Origin: Methanotrichaceae archaeon
GTDB lineage: Archaea; Halobacteriota; Methanosarcinia; Methanotrichales; Methanotrichaceae
DNA: 64,000 nucleotides
Direction: 5' to 3'
Assembly (NCBI GenBank): GCA_963754945.1
Contig: CAVWIG010000039.1
Span: 1 to 64,000, forward strand
Shown here: one piece after another, positions 1 to 10,978 of the stretch
How the letters are laid out: each line of letters opens with the position of its first letter
Numbering within the stretch: the first letter of the stretch is position 1
Translations under genes and position numbers: made by a program
The notes under the pieces: generated by a model
The model's input: only the letters and a program-made list of their open reading frames with translations
What the model was told of the DNA's origin: nothing
Databases searched by the model: none

Positions 1-790
1 TTCCATTCACCAATCGATGCTGTTTTCCACTCCATTGATGATAGACTAGGCTCATATTTTTAGCATATGGCTTGTCCAACGTCGTATCGTCAATAACCAA
101 GAAACCATTTTGAGGCTGAACAATATCCTTTACCTCATTCCACAACGTATCCGTATCTGGAGGCTGTCTTTGTAGAAGACGGGTAAATGCATCATGCGAT
201 GGACTATTTTCTCCTACTGGCTGGCACCTTGCAGCCTCAGTACAGGTAAAAACATCTACTGATGCTATCAGAAAGTGAATATAATCAAGATCATCGCACT
301 TGGAAGGATTCAAGTTCAGCCCTATCCCATTTATTTGTTGGTATTAATATAGCATATGCAATATAAGAAGATTCTGCCAAGTGCGTAAGTCCTAATTCCA
401 TTCACCAATCGATGCTGTTTTCCACTCCATTGATGATAGACTAGGATCATATTTTTAGCATATGGCTTGTCCAACGTCGTATCGTCAATAACCAAGAAAC
501 CATTTTGAGGCTGAACAATATCCTTTACCTCATTCCACAACGTATCCGTATCTGGAGGCTGTCTTTGTAGAAGACGGGTAAATGCATCATGCGATGGACT
601 ATTTTCTCCTACTGGCTGGCACCTTGCAGCCTCAGTACAGGTAAAAACATCTACTGATGCTATCAGAAAGTGAATATAATCAAGATCATCGCACTTGGAA
701 GGATTCAAGTTCAGCCCTATCCCATTTATTTGTTGGTATTAATATAGCATATGCAATATAAGAAGATTCTGCCAAGTGCGTAAGTCCTAA
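1..790. repeat. Head-to-tail tandem duplication of a 395-bp IS701-family end plus transposase 5' fragment (1-395, 396-790; may extend left of the window)
   Basis: Sequence at 1 recurs at 396; each unit ends in GCCAAGTGCGTAAGTCCTAA (minus strand TTAGGACTTACGCAC, IS701-like terminus). Confidence 0.9.
396..708 (-). pseudogene. IS701-family transposase N-terminal fragment (second identical copy at 1-313)
   Basis: SHDAFTRLL and LVIDDTTLDKPYA...WSGK motifs; ORF runs into the next unit's end sequence after LVNGI. Confidence 0.85.
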
Positions 791-2160
791 TCTTAAAAAA
801 CGATAATTATTTTAAGTGATATTTGCTAGGGTCCTTAGTGCTGATGTTTATAAATCGTTGATTAAGACCAATTCCGTTAGGAGCTAGTTAGGGTTTGAAG
901 AGATAACGATCGTGATGCCGTACAGAAGGGTGGGATGGGAAATGAGTTTGATAAAAATTGGACTGGAAGCCACGAGAGAGGACCTACGCGAAGAGCTATT
1001 GGCGCATCCTTGTAGGTATTTCTTTATTCTGGTTACAGACAATCGAACAGCCCTTTGTATTCGTACATGCAACTGTAGAGGGGAGAACTTGCAGTCCCAC
1101 GTGGTTGACGGCTTAACGCCCAATTCGGCCGGAAATCTGGTCTCCCTCTTTGAGGAGGATCTCAAGGTTGTCGTCGTGGATCGGAATAAATCCACCGAGA
1201 TTATCAGATGGCGATGAGCTATTTTCAATCTCACCGGATATCGCCGAAAGGATCAGGATTCTGCCGGGTTTTGTAGACTGGATAATCTCTGCAGTCCTGA
1301 CAGGAGACCGCAATATTATCATCAATCCCATCTCATGGGCTAAATAAAGGCCTATGTTCCCCGGGCATAGGTAAAATGATTTCCTTGCCATCTATCCAAT
1401 ATTGAATAGTTCCGAATGTCGCGAGGGATCTAAGTTCTATTTCCTTCATAGATTAGGCCGATAAATGTTGTTTTGGTACTTTTCAGGCTACTCAATATCC
1501 TTTTCCTGTCCGGACGAATCTGAGTAGCATGAGAGATTACGTCGTGGCCGTGGACTGTTGCTTTAATAGATTGGTCTCTAGCAGCCGGTTTATAATACAA
1601 GATCATTAATTATTTTATTTGATGATAATAATAAACGATGACTGATTTGCACGTCCATCGTCGTAAACCGCAAAATGTATATTCGTTTAATGTCGCAGTT
1701 ATATATTGGCAAAAGTCGAAACTCATTTCGTTCCCACTTCCTAATACCCTTGACTTTTGCCACCCCTCCTAGTCGTCGTTTAAATTGCATGATCCGCTGT
1801 AATTCAGAATTAGGTATGTGTGAGCTTAACTTAGAAAAAATATATTAGCCGTCGCTTGGAAATGCATCAACCACTCTGTTTTTCTTTCAGCTCCTTTTTG
1901 ATTCTCTCCAGTCCGTTGGTAGTCCGAGTCCTTTCCTGTGATCCCTGGAAAACGCCTCCCAATTTCTACAACAGAATCTCAAGCGATCGAATGGCATCCG
2001 CAAATTTGGAAATAGATAAAGCATCATGATCTAGTACGCTTGAAGAATGACTCAGAGTAGATCAACTTTATTGACGAGTAATACGTACTGAGATATCAAT
2101 TCGATACCAGCTCTTTATAAAGGCGCAAATCTCTTACAACCATCTAATCAAGACGACGAA

Positions 2161-2859
2161 ATGAAGAGGTGTTGCAGCATTACAAATGTGATTGAGCTGA
2201 TGGATATAGAGAAAACTTACCGCATCGGCGATGTCGAGTATCCGGTCCTAAAAGGAATAAACTTGAACATCGAGCATGGCGAGTTCATAGCCCTCATGGG
2301 CCCCTCCGGCAGCGGCAAGTCCACGCTCATGAACATCGTAGGGTGCCTGGACAGGGCGACGAGGGGTAAATTTCTGCTTCTGGACAAAGATGTAAGTGAA
2401 GCCTCAGATGACGAACTCGCCCAGATAAGGAGAGAAGAGCTGGGGTTCATCTTTCAAACCTTCAATCTCATTGGCAGAATCTCCGTCTTGAAGAATGTTG
2501 AGATGCCCATGGTTCTAAGCGAGATCCCTCGAGAGCAAAGAAGGGTTCGGGCTTTGGAGCTTCTCAGGTCAGTAGGTCTGGAGCATCGGGTCGATTTCGG
2601 CCCTACCAACATCTCCGGCGGAGAACGCCAGAGGGTAGCTATAGCCCGGGCTCTGGCCAACGACCCCAAGATCATAATTGCAGATGAGCCAACTGGAAAC
2701 CTCGACCTGAAAAGCAGCGATGAGGTCATGAATATTATGAAGAAACTACACGACGAAGGTCGGACCATCATTATGGTAACCCACAACCCAGAGATAACAG
2801 AGAATTGTGATAGAGTCATTAGGCTCAGAGACGGACGCATCCTGGGGGAAGCATCTTGA
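2161..2859 (+). CDS. ABC transporter ATP-binding protein (LolD/MacB type)
   Basis: GPSGSGKST Walker A, ISGGERQRVAIARAL signature, IIADEPT Walker B, VTHN; true start may be slightly downstream. Confidence 0.95.
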   Translation: MKRCCSITNVIELMDIEKTYRIGDVEYPVLKGINLNIEHGEFIALMGPSGSGKSTLMNIVGCLDRATRGKFLLLDKDVSEASDDELAQIRREELGFIFQTFNLIGRISVLKNVEMPMVLSEIPREQRRVRALELLRSVGLEHRVDFGPTNISGGERQRVAIARALANDPKIIIADEPTGNLDLKSSDEVMNIMKKLHDEGRTIIMVTHNPEITENCDRVIRLRDGRILGEAS

Positions 2860-3722
2860 GGCCTATTCCGGTTCTAGTCTTCTTAGCACTATTTCTAGCG
2901 CCAGCTTCTGCTTCATACATCTACCACATTCCCGTCAACGTCCAGTCTTCGACCGAACCGACGGTATTAATGCCTGGAGATACGGCAGTCCTCTCAATCG
3001 ACCTGCAAAATGGTGCTGCTCAGTACGGTGCAGGCGCTGAGACTCTGGCCGGAACTCTATCCACTCCCATAAATGGGACCACCTTGCGAGGAACGAGCGG
3101 GATATCTGTCGCCAGCCCTGATTACAAAGACATCGGAATGATTGGGCCGACCGATAAGATTACTCTTTATTACAAGATCAAGGCAGCAAATAACATCTCT
3201 AACGCTAACGGGACTTACTTCATGGATTTTGGAGTCTCAGGTGGATATGATTTGGTCCAGATAAACCGAGAGATCCCCGTTAAGGTTGATTCGTCCGCTG
3301 TGAGCATAGCGCGTGCCGATGTTCCTACCAAACCGAGCATAAACCTGAACGTGGCCAATCCCAGAGCGAACACGGTCAATGCGGTAACCATAGTTCCTTC
3401 CGCCTCCGGAATCAGGTTCTCGCCCGATCAATACTACATAGGAACCATGGACCCTGATGAGGTCTTTACCATAAGCTTCGGCATCGATTCTGATAATCCG
3501 GCCATGCCAATCAACAGGCCGGTAAATCTCAGCTTTGTTGCAAAGTTCAAGAACGGAGACACCTGGCATGAATCAGGAGCTTATGTTACCAGTTATACGC
3601 CTCCCAAAGACAACTCCAGACAGAACGGCTATTTGTTGCCAGCAGGAGTTGGTGCCCTTGTATTGATAGCAGTCGGGGCCTATCTGTACAGGCGCAAGAG
3701 GATGTCGAGCAAACCGGAGTAA
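2856..3722 (+). CDS. Secreted, C-terminally membrane-anchored COG1361/S-layer-like Ig-domain protein
   Basis: Signal peptide, YYIGTMDPDEVFT motif, C-terminal TM followed by RRKR; between ABC ATPase and permease. Confidence 0.75.
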   Translation: MRPIPVLVFLALFLAPASASYIYHIPVNVQSSTEPTVLMPGDTAVLSIDLQNGAAQYGAGAETLAGTLSTPINGTTLRGTSGISVASPDYKDIGMIGPTDKITLYYKIKAANNISNANGTYFMDFGVSGGYDLVQINREIPVKVDSSAVSIARADVPTKPSINLNVANPRANTVNAVTIVPSASGIRFSPDQYYIGTMDPDEVFTISFGIDSDNPAMPINRPVNLSFVAKFKNGDTWHESGAYVTSYTPPKDNSRQNGYLLPAGVGALVLIAVGAYLYRRKRMSSKPE

Positions 3723-3758
3723 AATTGTGGGAGTTTTCAAAATAATCCAGGAGGCCGT

Positions 3759-4982
3759 ATGAAGTTACCTGATATGCTGGAGTACATTGCTGTCGGCTTT
3801 AAGGCTGACAGGTTCAAGACTCTTATGTCCTCCTTAGGAATAATCATCGGGGTTATGGCAATCGTTGTGATGCTGTCTGTTGGAGAGGGTCTGTACTCAG
3901 GGGTCTCATCCCAATTCAGCGCCCTCAACCTCGATGTGATCCGTGTTATACCTGGCACATTCAACTTCGGCCCGGCTGCCCAGCCAAGCTTTAGGACTCC
4001 TCAAGAGCCCGCCAAGTTCACAGATAAAGACACCAAAGCACTAGAGAACATCGTAGGAATAAAGACAGTTGCACCAGAAACTTCGTCCAACGTTGTAATC
4101 CACTTCAGAGACAAAAACGCTTCGGCTAGTATCACGGGAGTAGACCCAAAGAAAGAAGACGATGTGAAGAGTAAAATTGCGTTGGGACGATTCCTTACCG
4201 ATTCGGATTACAAATCCATTGTGGTTGGCAGCGGGATTTCAAACGGGCTCTTCAGGATGGACATCACTCCCGGAAATAAGATAAGGCTGTACTATCAGGA
4301 TCGCTACATGGACTTCAAGGTTGTGGGAGTCCTCCAGGAGCAGCAGCAGACGTCCTTTGGAGGTCCAGGCAACAATCAAAACACCCAGATGTACATAACT
4401 CACAAGGCCATGAAGGAATTGCTGGGCAGGGATAACTACTATTATGGAACCTTCAGGGTGACCGTCGAGGATCCTGCCCAAATAGATGACGTAATTGCCA
4501 GGATCAAACTCGACCTACAGAGGTACCATAAGAACGAGGCGTATGACGCCACAACCGCCCGGGATTTGCTCTCGTCACTGATGAGCATACTTACAATGGT
4601 CAAGTATGCTCTGGGTGGCATAGGTGCCATATCATTGGTCGTTGGGGGCATAGGGATCGCCAACGTCATGATGCTCACGGTGAAGGAACGAATTCGTGAG
4701 ATAGGAGTCATGAAAGCCCTTGGCGCGACTATGCGGGATATCAGGGTTCAATACCTGCTTGAGGCGGGAGTTCTGGGAACAGTTAGCAGCCTCATCGGCA
4801 TAGCTCTGGGAGTGACAGTTTCGACGGCAATAGGATCTTTGGCTGGATTACCTTCGGCTATAACGCTACAGTCTATAATGATAGGACTGCTTTTCGGAGC
4901 ATTGACGACTGTCATAGCAGGCGTCTATCCAGCAAACAAGGCTGCAAAGCTGGATCCCATCGAAGCATTGCGGGCGGAATAA
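3759..4982 (+). CDS. ABC transporter permease (MacB/FtsX family)
   Basis: LGIIIGVMAIV, GGIGIANVMMLTVKERIREIGVMKALGA, YPANKAAKLDPIEALR. Confidence 0.95.
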   Translation: MKLPDMLEYIAVGFKADRFKTLMSSLGIIIGVMAIVVMLSVGEGLYSGVSSQFSALNLDVIRVIPGTFNFGPAAQPSFRTPQEPAKFTDKDTKALENIVGIKTVAPETSSNVVIHFRDKNASASITGVDPKKEDDVKSKIALGRFLTDSDYKSIVVGSGISNGLFRMDITPGNKIRLYYQDRYMDFKVVGVLQEQQQTSFGGPGNNQNTQMYITHKAMKELLGRDNYYYGTFRVTVEDPAQIDDVIARIKLDLQRYHKNEAYDATTARDLLSSLMSILTMVKYALGGIGAISLVVGGIGIANVMMLTVKERIREIGVMKALGATMRDIRVQYLLEAGVLGTVSSLIGIALGVTVSTAIGSLAGLPSAITLQSIMIGLLFGALTTVIAGVYPANKAAKLDPIEALRAE

Positions 4983-5608
4983 ACTGTGGATAGGGACCAA
5001 CTAGCGAAAACGTACTCAGTGGTCCCTTATTCCATCGGTTCTGATGATAGTTACGCCTATGCCTTCCTCGTAAAACGCTTGCCAGTATATTCCTCCAGGT
5101 AGCAAACAATAGGATACTATAAAAACATTAGAAAATAGTTACTCGGCATCGAGGCCAACGACCTCTATCCTTAGCACTTCGGTTACCTCCGTCCCCTTGC
5201 CTTCAAGAAGCGAAGGGTCACATTTACCATCTACCATGTCTTTCGTCCCTTCGCTCCTCCATTCATCGACTAAGCTTGCCACATAAGGAAGCCAGCATCA
5301 ACGATATATCAGAGATACAAAATATTCAGACATTTTGATCTTTCTTCCTGGCCAGTTCCTCAAGATAGGATTGGTGCATACTTCATCTCTGTGCGTGCCC
5401 TCAATCTGCTACGCTCCATTTTGCCGTCGTTGTTGGCAAGGATTCCATAGTATACGATCATGCGGAGACTGTGAGGGGCCTGTCATTTCCAAACTGCCAA
5501 CAATGAATTTTTTTAAGATTTGTACTATATAGGTTCTTGATTTGTGCCAAAAGAATTAAATGATATCAACCATATACTTATTGTAAAAATTGGAATTCGG
5601 AAGGAAAT

Positions 5609-5881
5609 ATGGCGACTTATGTAATTGAGTTACCGCATACCGATGCGGACTGTCTCAGGGCTTTGGATGAAATGGCGGGGAAGGGGTCTAAGCTGTTGCC
5701 CAAGGTACATTGGGGTTGCAAGGTAGGCGTTCATAATGGTTGGGCTATCGTCGATGCTGATAGCGAATCTGCGGTTCGAGAATTGATAGGCTCTCCGTTT
5801 ATGCAGAGCAAGGCGCGCATAACCAAGGTGGAAACGTTTACCGAAAAGGATATCGAGGCGTTCCATAAGATGAAGAAGTAA
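5609..5881 (+). CDS. Small conserved-looking hypothetical protein (90 aa)
   Basis: Purine-rich RBS-like leader; PHT...C and WGC...H.GW motifs; T-rich tract after stop. Confidence 0.7.
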   Translation: MATYVIELPHTDADCLRALDEMAGKGSKLLPKVHWGCKVGVHNGWAIVDADSESAVRELIGSPFMQSKARITKVETFTEKDIEAFHKMKK

Positions 5882-6069
5882 TTTTCTTTCTCATCTAGAA
5901 GAAAGCGTTCATGAAGGTGAATAGGATTGGAACATGAAGAAAATGTAGGCAAACTGGATTTCTTGGAGGAGATGCAGAAATCTTCCGATAATCTTACTAT
6001 TGAGAGATCTATATTTAGTGTCTCATAGTACCAACCCTTTAAATATAAACAGAACCTAGGAGGTTAATT

Positions 6070-6825
6070 ATGTCTCAGACAATCAGATGGTTTGCTTTAG
6101 GAATAGCTCTGTTAGTTCTGCTCACGCTGGTATCGGCCCAGTCTCCGAGCACTTTAGTTGCCAATCCGAGTTCCGGATTGGTTCAAAGCGATGCTTCGCA
6201 ATATTCGCAGTTTTATCAAATGATCTCTGGACCAGCTCCAAGCAACAAAATCTCTGCACCTGAACAATATGACATCGCAGGTCACACTCCAAATACTGTC
6301 TACTTGACGATGCAGAATCAAGCAGTACCATACTCTCGATACCAAGCAAACACGAACAATTCAGGGAACACCCTATGGATTCAAGGGGCAACGGACTGGG
6401 CACAGTATGCAGTTGTACCACAAGGATCGACTGTGTCGCTCGTAGCGATCTCCCATGTAGAAGGGATTGGGAACCTCAACTTCAAGGATTATGACGGGCA
6501 GATGTACAATTACAACTTCTACTTCTACCCCGATAATAAGCTAACCTTCTATGCTGCAAATCCAGGAAGGTATGTTCTGTCCTTTGCCAGCGGGAATATG
6601 TCAAGTAATGCAGTCGTCATAGATGTAACGGGCGTATATACACCCGCCAGCAATAACCTGCCGACGCCGGTTACGTATTATTCCGCGTACAACAATCCTT
6701 ACGTCTACAACCCTCAAGCAGCACTGGACCTTGCAGACATAGCAAGAGCAAACGAGAAATTGTATGGCAATAATATCAATAGCTGGTACTTCGGGCAATA
6801 CTCATGGCTAAATGCACCCTATTAG
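6070..6825 (+). CDS. Secreted Tyr/Asn-rich protein, paralog of 9861..10820
   Basis: GGAGG RBS, signal peptide, shared VPYS.YQAN/LWIQ/VPQG/FYFYP/LTFYA domain, C-terminal WLNAPY. Confidence 0.85.
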   Translation: MSQTIRWFALGIALLVLLTLVSAQSPSTLVANPSSGLVQSDASQYSQFYQMISGPAPSNKISAPEQYDIAGHTPNTVYLTMQNQAVPYSRYQANTNNSGNTLWIQGATDWAQYAVVPQGSTVSLVAISHVEGIGNLNFKDYDGQMYNYNFYFYPDNKLTFYAANPGRYVLSFASGNMSSNAVVIDVTGVYTPASNNLPTPVTYYSAYNNPYVYNPQAALDLADIARANEKLYGNNINSWYFGQYSWLNAPY

Positions 6826-6944
6826 TTGAATGAGTATGAAAATTAAATCCTTTTTTATTTTATAATATCATATTTTTTGCATAATAGGTTCATTCATTGT
6901 CCAAGATGGACCACGTCGGGAAGAGTTATACATGATAGAAATAG

Positions 6945-7075
6945 TTACTTCAAGGATTTCCGCCGTAGCCCTCCTCGCGTCCATCATGCTTTGGCCACCG
7001 GCTTCTTCGACCTCTCATTCACCTGCGCAATCTCTCACTTCATCTTGGATGTGATTACGGCTTCGATCCCGACTC
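6945..7075 (-). pseudogene. Relic of a Ku (NHEJ) protein C-terminus
   Basis: Reads IEAVITSKMK*EIAQVNERSKKPVAK...SLK* with stop and frameshifts; homologous to 13968-14168. Confidence 0.55.
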
Positions 7076-7103
7076 AATTTTAGATTCTTCAGCTTTATGC
7101 GCT

Positions 7104-7436
7104 TTATTTTCCCAGAGAACTCCAATCATATCTGCTCAGTGCAGGTTGAAAGTCTGACTGCGATGGAGTCTCCATCCTTGACTCATTCACATCTGCTTGA
7201 AAAAACGATCTCTGGAGTCCAGAAACGTTCATTTGTGTTTGATTTGTGATGTTCATTTGCCTTGTTACATTCGTCAGATTGATGATATTCGTTTGATTCG
7301 TTATATTCTTGGCCGCTATACTACCAAGAATGATGACTTTGCCCTCAGGACGGCTTAGTTGTTCCACACTTGACGCCATGCCGATAACGAAAATGAGAAA
7401 CACGACGCGAATTAGTAATCTCATAATTCTCACCAA
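7104..7436 (-). CDS. Small secreted N-X-T/S sequon-rich protein
   Basis: Hydrophobic N-terminus; NIT, NQT, NLT, NVT repeats. Confidence 0.7.
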   Translation of the reverse strand: MVRIMRLLIRVVFLIFVIGMASSVEQLSRPEGKVIILGSIAAKNITNQTNIINLTNVTRQMNITNQTQMNVSGLQRSFFQADVNESRMETPSQSDFQPALSRYDWSSLGK

Positions 7437-7608
7437 TATTCAGTGCGACTTGCGCTAAACCTTATTTCTAGGTCAACCCATTTAAGGATGTGGGCCCTGT
7501 CTCCAAAACGGTTTTGACGTGTCAATAGTCACAAATTCATTGATATTGCAAGCTACACTTAGCGTCATATGGCTGCACTTTTCAGTCACGGGCCTGGTCG
7601 TTCAGGAG

Positions 7609-8031
7609 CTAATATGATGAATCTTTGAGTGCGCTCTTTATTTCATTCGCGTTGCCATTGGATACGTTCTTGGTGTCTCTTTGCATCTCTTCGACCTGCT
7701 GAAGCACTTCAGATTCAATTTTCTTTCCTTCATTTGTCGTGTTATCAGTCACATTAATCGTGTTATTGGTTGTATTTTTTGGTTTAGTGGTTATATTTGT
7801 TAAATTCATGGTTACACTAGTTACGTTCTTGGTCTCATTTGTCGTGTTCTGCGGCATAGTTATGTTCTGGGCCATGCTGGTCATGTTCTTAGTTGTGTTC
7901 GTCATATTCACAGATTTGGTGACATTGATGTTCTCATTTCCGGCAAAAGCTACGCTCAAATAGAACGATAGCAGGATAGCCAAAATCGTTATCGTACCAA
8001 CTTTTATGGAGTTTTTCATTTCATCCCTCAA
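7609..8031 (-). CDS. Secreted Asn/Thr-rich protein with about 15 N-glycosylation sequons
   Basis: Signal peptide ending AFA; repeated N-X-T. Confidence 0.75.
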   Translation of the reverse strand: MRDEMKNSIKVGTITILAILLSFYLSVAFAGNENINVTKSVNMTNTTKNMTSMAQNITMPQNTTNETKNVTSVTMNLTNITTKPKNTTNNTINVTDNTTNEGKKIESEVLQQVEEMQRDTKNVSNGNANEIKSALKDSSY

Positions 8032-8471
8032 TGTTTTTTTATGATGGTAGCGGCTTAGATATAAGGGTTTCTTGATAGTGATTTAATCCTTAGTTAGCCC
8101 GCAAGGCTACTAAAGCATAGCGGCCACGGCTTATGCCCTGGTTGGACGATTATATTGCAAGCCAGTGCAGTGAGAGAGTTGGCTAAGGTGCTGAAGTGGT
8201 GTGCCCTGGAGCTCATGTTAGGAGAAGCAGACAGGCCATATTAGAGGCGCAAGTGACCTTCGGCCCGTCCAAGCGCACATGCTGTAAAATACCTTTCAGG
8301 CCGCATCTCTTGCCTTTTGCCGGACCTGGTGGACCTTATCCGGAGTTATTCGGAGTAGCCACTATTATTTCGATCCCAGTTGCTTGAGGTTCTCAAGGAT
8401 TTAGTGTAGATTCTCACAAAAAACTTTTTAAAGTTTAGCAGCAGAATGAGGATCGATGTAGGAGGAAATCG

Positions 8472-9521
8472 ATGCATAACATGTTAAGCAGATCAATGAC
8501 GGGAAGCTTAATTGCAGTAGCAGGATTTGCGGTTTTGTTTGCGATGATAGTGCCAGTGGGAGCAAATGAGGTTCGTGGCCAGGTTACTAATCTCGGAGTT
8601 CCGGAATTCACTTGGAACAACGTCAGCTTCCCCGGTTTCTATTATGATTTGGACAACAACCTCGGAGCGGAGCAGCTTACATTTAGGCTGTCGAATGTTG
8701 GGGCGGACAGGGATGCTGCAACTCTCAGCGACCAACCCAAAGATAATGGCAGCAGGGGGATAACCTATACCACTCAAGCCCAAACATTAGGCTTCTCCTT
8801 CGCTCCTTGGGGTCTATATGATATTATTGGTTTCCTTGGCGATGATTACTTCGCCGCATACGATCCCACAGTAACTTCGGACGTTACTAACGCTAGCGAG
8901 TCTGTAGCCTTCTTATACGATATGTCCAAAAACACGAATCTAATGGCCGACGAGCAGATCAGTAAGGTCCTAATGGACGACGATACAGAACAGACCATCA
9001 CAGCTACCAATCCACTTAAACTGGAAGAGGGCTATAGTTTAGCCATCAAATCTGTTGATGTCAAAGGAAACAAAGTCTCCCTGGAATTGTCTAAGAACGG
9101 GCAGGTCGTTGATGATAAAGTCGTTCAACCATCCATCACCAACTCCAAGTTGAAAGACCAGACCTATTACTACAAGACCAGCATCGGAGGCACCAAGGAC
9201 ATTATACAAATAGCAGTTCATTTCAAGAACGCATATGCAGGCTCTGATACCAACATTGCGACCGTCGACGGGGAGTTCCAGATGTCCGATAATGTGACCA
9301 CACTAAAGCCTTCTCAGCGATATGGGAAGATGTCCATTAAGAAGGTCGACCCAACCAGCATGACCATCACCATGGACAACAAGGACAACCAGATTACCCT
9401 CGGGAATAACATGGATATACCGCTAATGGGCAAAATCCATATTAGGACTGCGAATCAGGACCCAATAGATGCCGCTAACCCGCTCAGGTACTACCTCTAT
9501 TCAGAAGAGCCGTGTTCTTGA
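8472..9521 (+). CDS. S-layer protein domain-containing protein (Methanosarcinales DUF1608 type, single repeat)
   Basis: EVRG, FTW..SFPGFYYDLDNNLGAE, IGFLG..YFAAY, LKLEEGYSL, LRYY motifs. Confidence 0.9.
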   Translation: MHNMLSRSMTGSLIAVAGFAVLFAMIVPVGANEVRGQVTNLGVPEFTWNNVSFPGFYYDLDNNLGAEQLTFRLSNVGADRDAATLSDQPKDNGSRGITYTTQAQTLGFSFAPWGLYDIIGFLGDDYFAAYDPTVTSDVTNASESVAFLYDMSKNTNLMADEQISKVLMDDDTEQTITATNPLKLEEGYSLAIKSVDVKGNKVSLELSKNGQVVDDKVVQPSITNSKLKDQTYYYKTSIGGTKDIIQIAVHFKNAYAGSDTNIATVDGEFQMSDNVTTLKPSQRYGKMSIKKVDPTSMTITMDNKDNQITLGNNMDIPLMGKIHIRTANQDPIDAANPLRYYLYSEEPCS

Positions 9522-9860
9522 TGAGGCGATTTTTCCTGATCCATTTTTAGAGAAGTGCAGACTTCTCTGGACAGGTACGTAAGGATCAAAATGATGCATG
9601 AGCTAGAAATAGTTGTTCTGACAATAGCCGAACAGTAATATTAACTGGAAAATAGAGAAAGCCGCAAGGCCTGACCAGCCTTAAAGCATATCACTCCTGC
9701 TCTTGCCCTCCTAATTTTGGCTGACGTTCTTAGCAATAGATGGATAACTCGGATGACAAGGCTTGTCCACGATTGAAGCTGAATAGAAATAAGGAGGGAG
9801 GCAAAAATCAAATGATGTAGGGAGGACAAAAGAGGTATATCGACTTTTGCCTCGACAACC

Positions 9861-10820
9861 CTAAGGTGCATTAAGCCATGGGTAGTTCGAATCGTACCAA
9901 TTACGTCCACCCCAAAATCGAGGCCAATGCCTTCCAAACTCGTAGTACGAATATTGAGGCCCTGGATAATAGTAGCTCTGAAGGTAGTAGTTTGGTGTCA
10001 GGTAATTATATGGTCCATAATAATTATATGGTGTTGGATAACATTGTGGAGGCACGTAAGCTATCACATTTATTGTCACTTGGTTGCTTGCCTGGCCGTT
10101 TATATTGACAGATAGCGTGTGCTGCCCGATTGTGTCTGCATAGAAGGTTAGCATACTGTTGGGATAGAAGTAGAAGCTGGAGTTATACGCTGCTCCATTA
10201 AGGATCTCACTGAGGTAGCCACCAGCACCATTGGGAGAGACTGCTATGAGTGTTACCGTCGCACCCTGAGGAACTTCAACATACTGTGTCCAGCTCCCGG
10301 CTTCTTGTATCCACAGGGAGGGAACGACTGCATTATTGGCATTAGCCTGGTATTGCGAGTAGGGCACTGATTTCTGCTGGGTGCCGAGGTAGACAATCGT
10401 TGGTGTCTTGCCTATAATCGCTGTTTGTGCTGGAGCACTAATGTGGGTACTTAGAGCCGATACTGTTGGTATGGTATAGTACTGAGCTGCGCTCTCTGTT
10501 ATGATGCGCCCAACTGATGGACTGTGCACGGATATACCCGATGCGAGGAAGAGATTAGACATCTCCTTGGCCTTGGCGAATGCGGCCTCAGATTCATTAG
10601 TGCGACCCAGAGCCTTTAGGGCAACGCCTTTGTTGTACCAGGCATTATCATAATTTGGTTTTAGCTGGATGGCTTGATCATATGCCTGAATGGCTTCAAT
10701 GTATTTGCCCTGGCTAGTTAGAGAATCTCCTTTATTGAACCAGTCTGCGGCGGTCTGCTGACATTGGGCTGATGTCATCAGTACCAGCAGAATAATGAAA
10801 GCTGTGCAGATCGATCTCAT
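9861..10820 (-). CDS. Secreted TPR protein with the domain shared with 6070..6825
   Basis: Signal peptide, TPRs (WFNKG..AIQAYDQAI..AWYNKG), shared domain, Tyr/Pro tail ending WLNAP. Confidence 0.88.
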   Translation of the reverse strand: MRSICTAFIILLVLMTSAQCQQTAADWFNKGDSLTSQGKYIEAIQAYDQAIQLKPNYDNAWYNKGVALKALGRTNESEAAFAKAKEMSNLFLASGISVHSPSVGRIITESAAQYYTIPTVSALSTHISAPAQTAIIGKTPTIVYLGTQQKSVPYSQYQANANNAVVPSLWIQEAGSWTQYVEVPQGATVTLIAVSPNGAGGYLSEILNGAAYNSSFYFYPNSMLTFYADTIGQHTLSVNINGQASNQVTINVIAYVPPQCYPTPYNYYGPYNYLTPNYYLQSYYYPGPQYSYYEFGRHWPRFWGGRNWYDSNYPWLNAP

Positions 10821-10978
10821 AAGATTGAGAAGCGCTATGAGATGATATATATTTGTTTGTAGTTTTCGGCCAGCAACAGGGATGGGTGGCTGCCCACTGC
10901 AATCAATGATTTGTCCCGGACTACATCTCTATATAGGTTCCCGCAGCAACATACAATATCTAGGCAGGAGGGTTAGAT

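Noticed and set aside
884-1391. Overlapping short ORFs on both strands
   Set aside because: No recognisable motif; probably a decayed gene or chance ORFs.
5139-5330. Minus-strand reading ending ...EVLRIEVVGLDAE*
   Set aside because: Looks like a gene tail but has no intact start or identifiable family.
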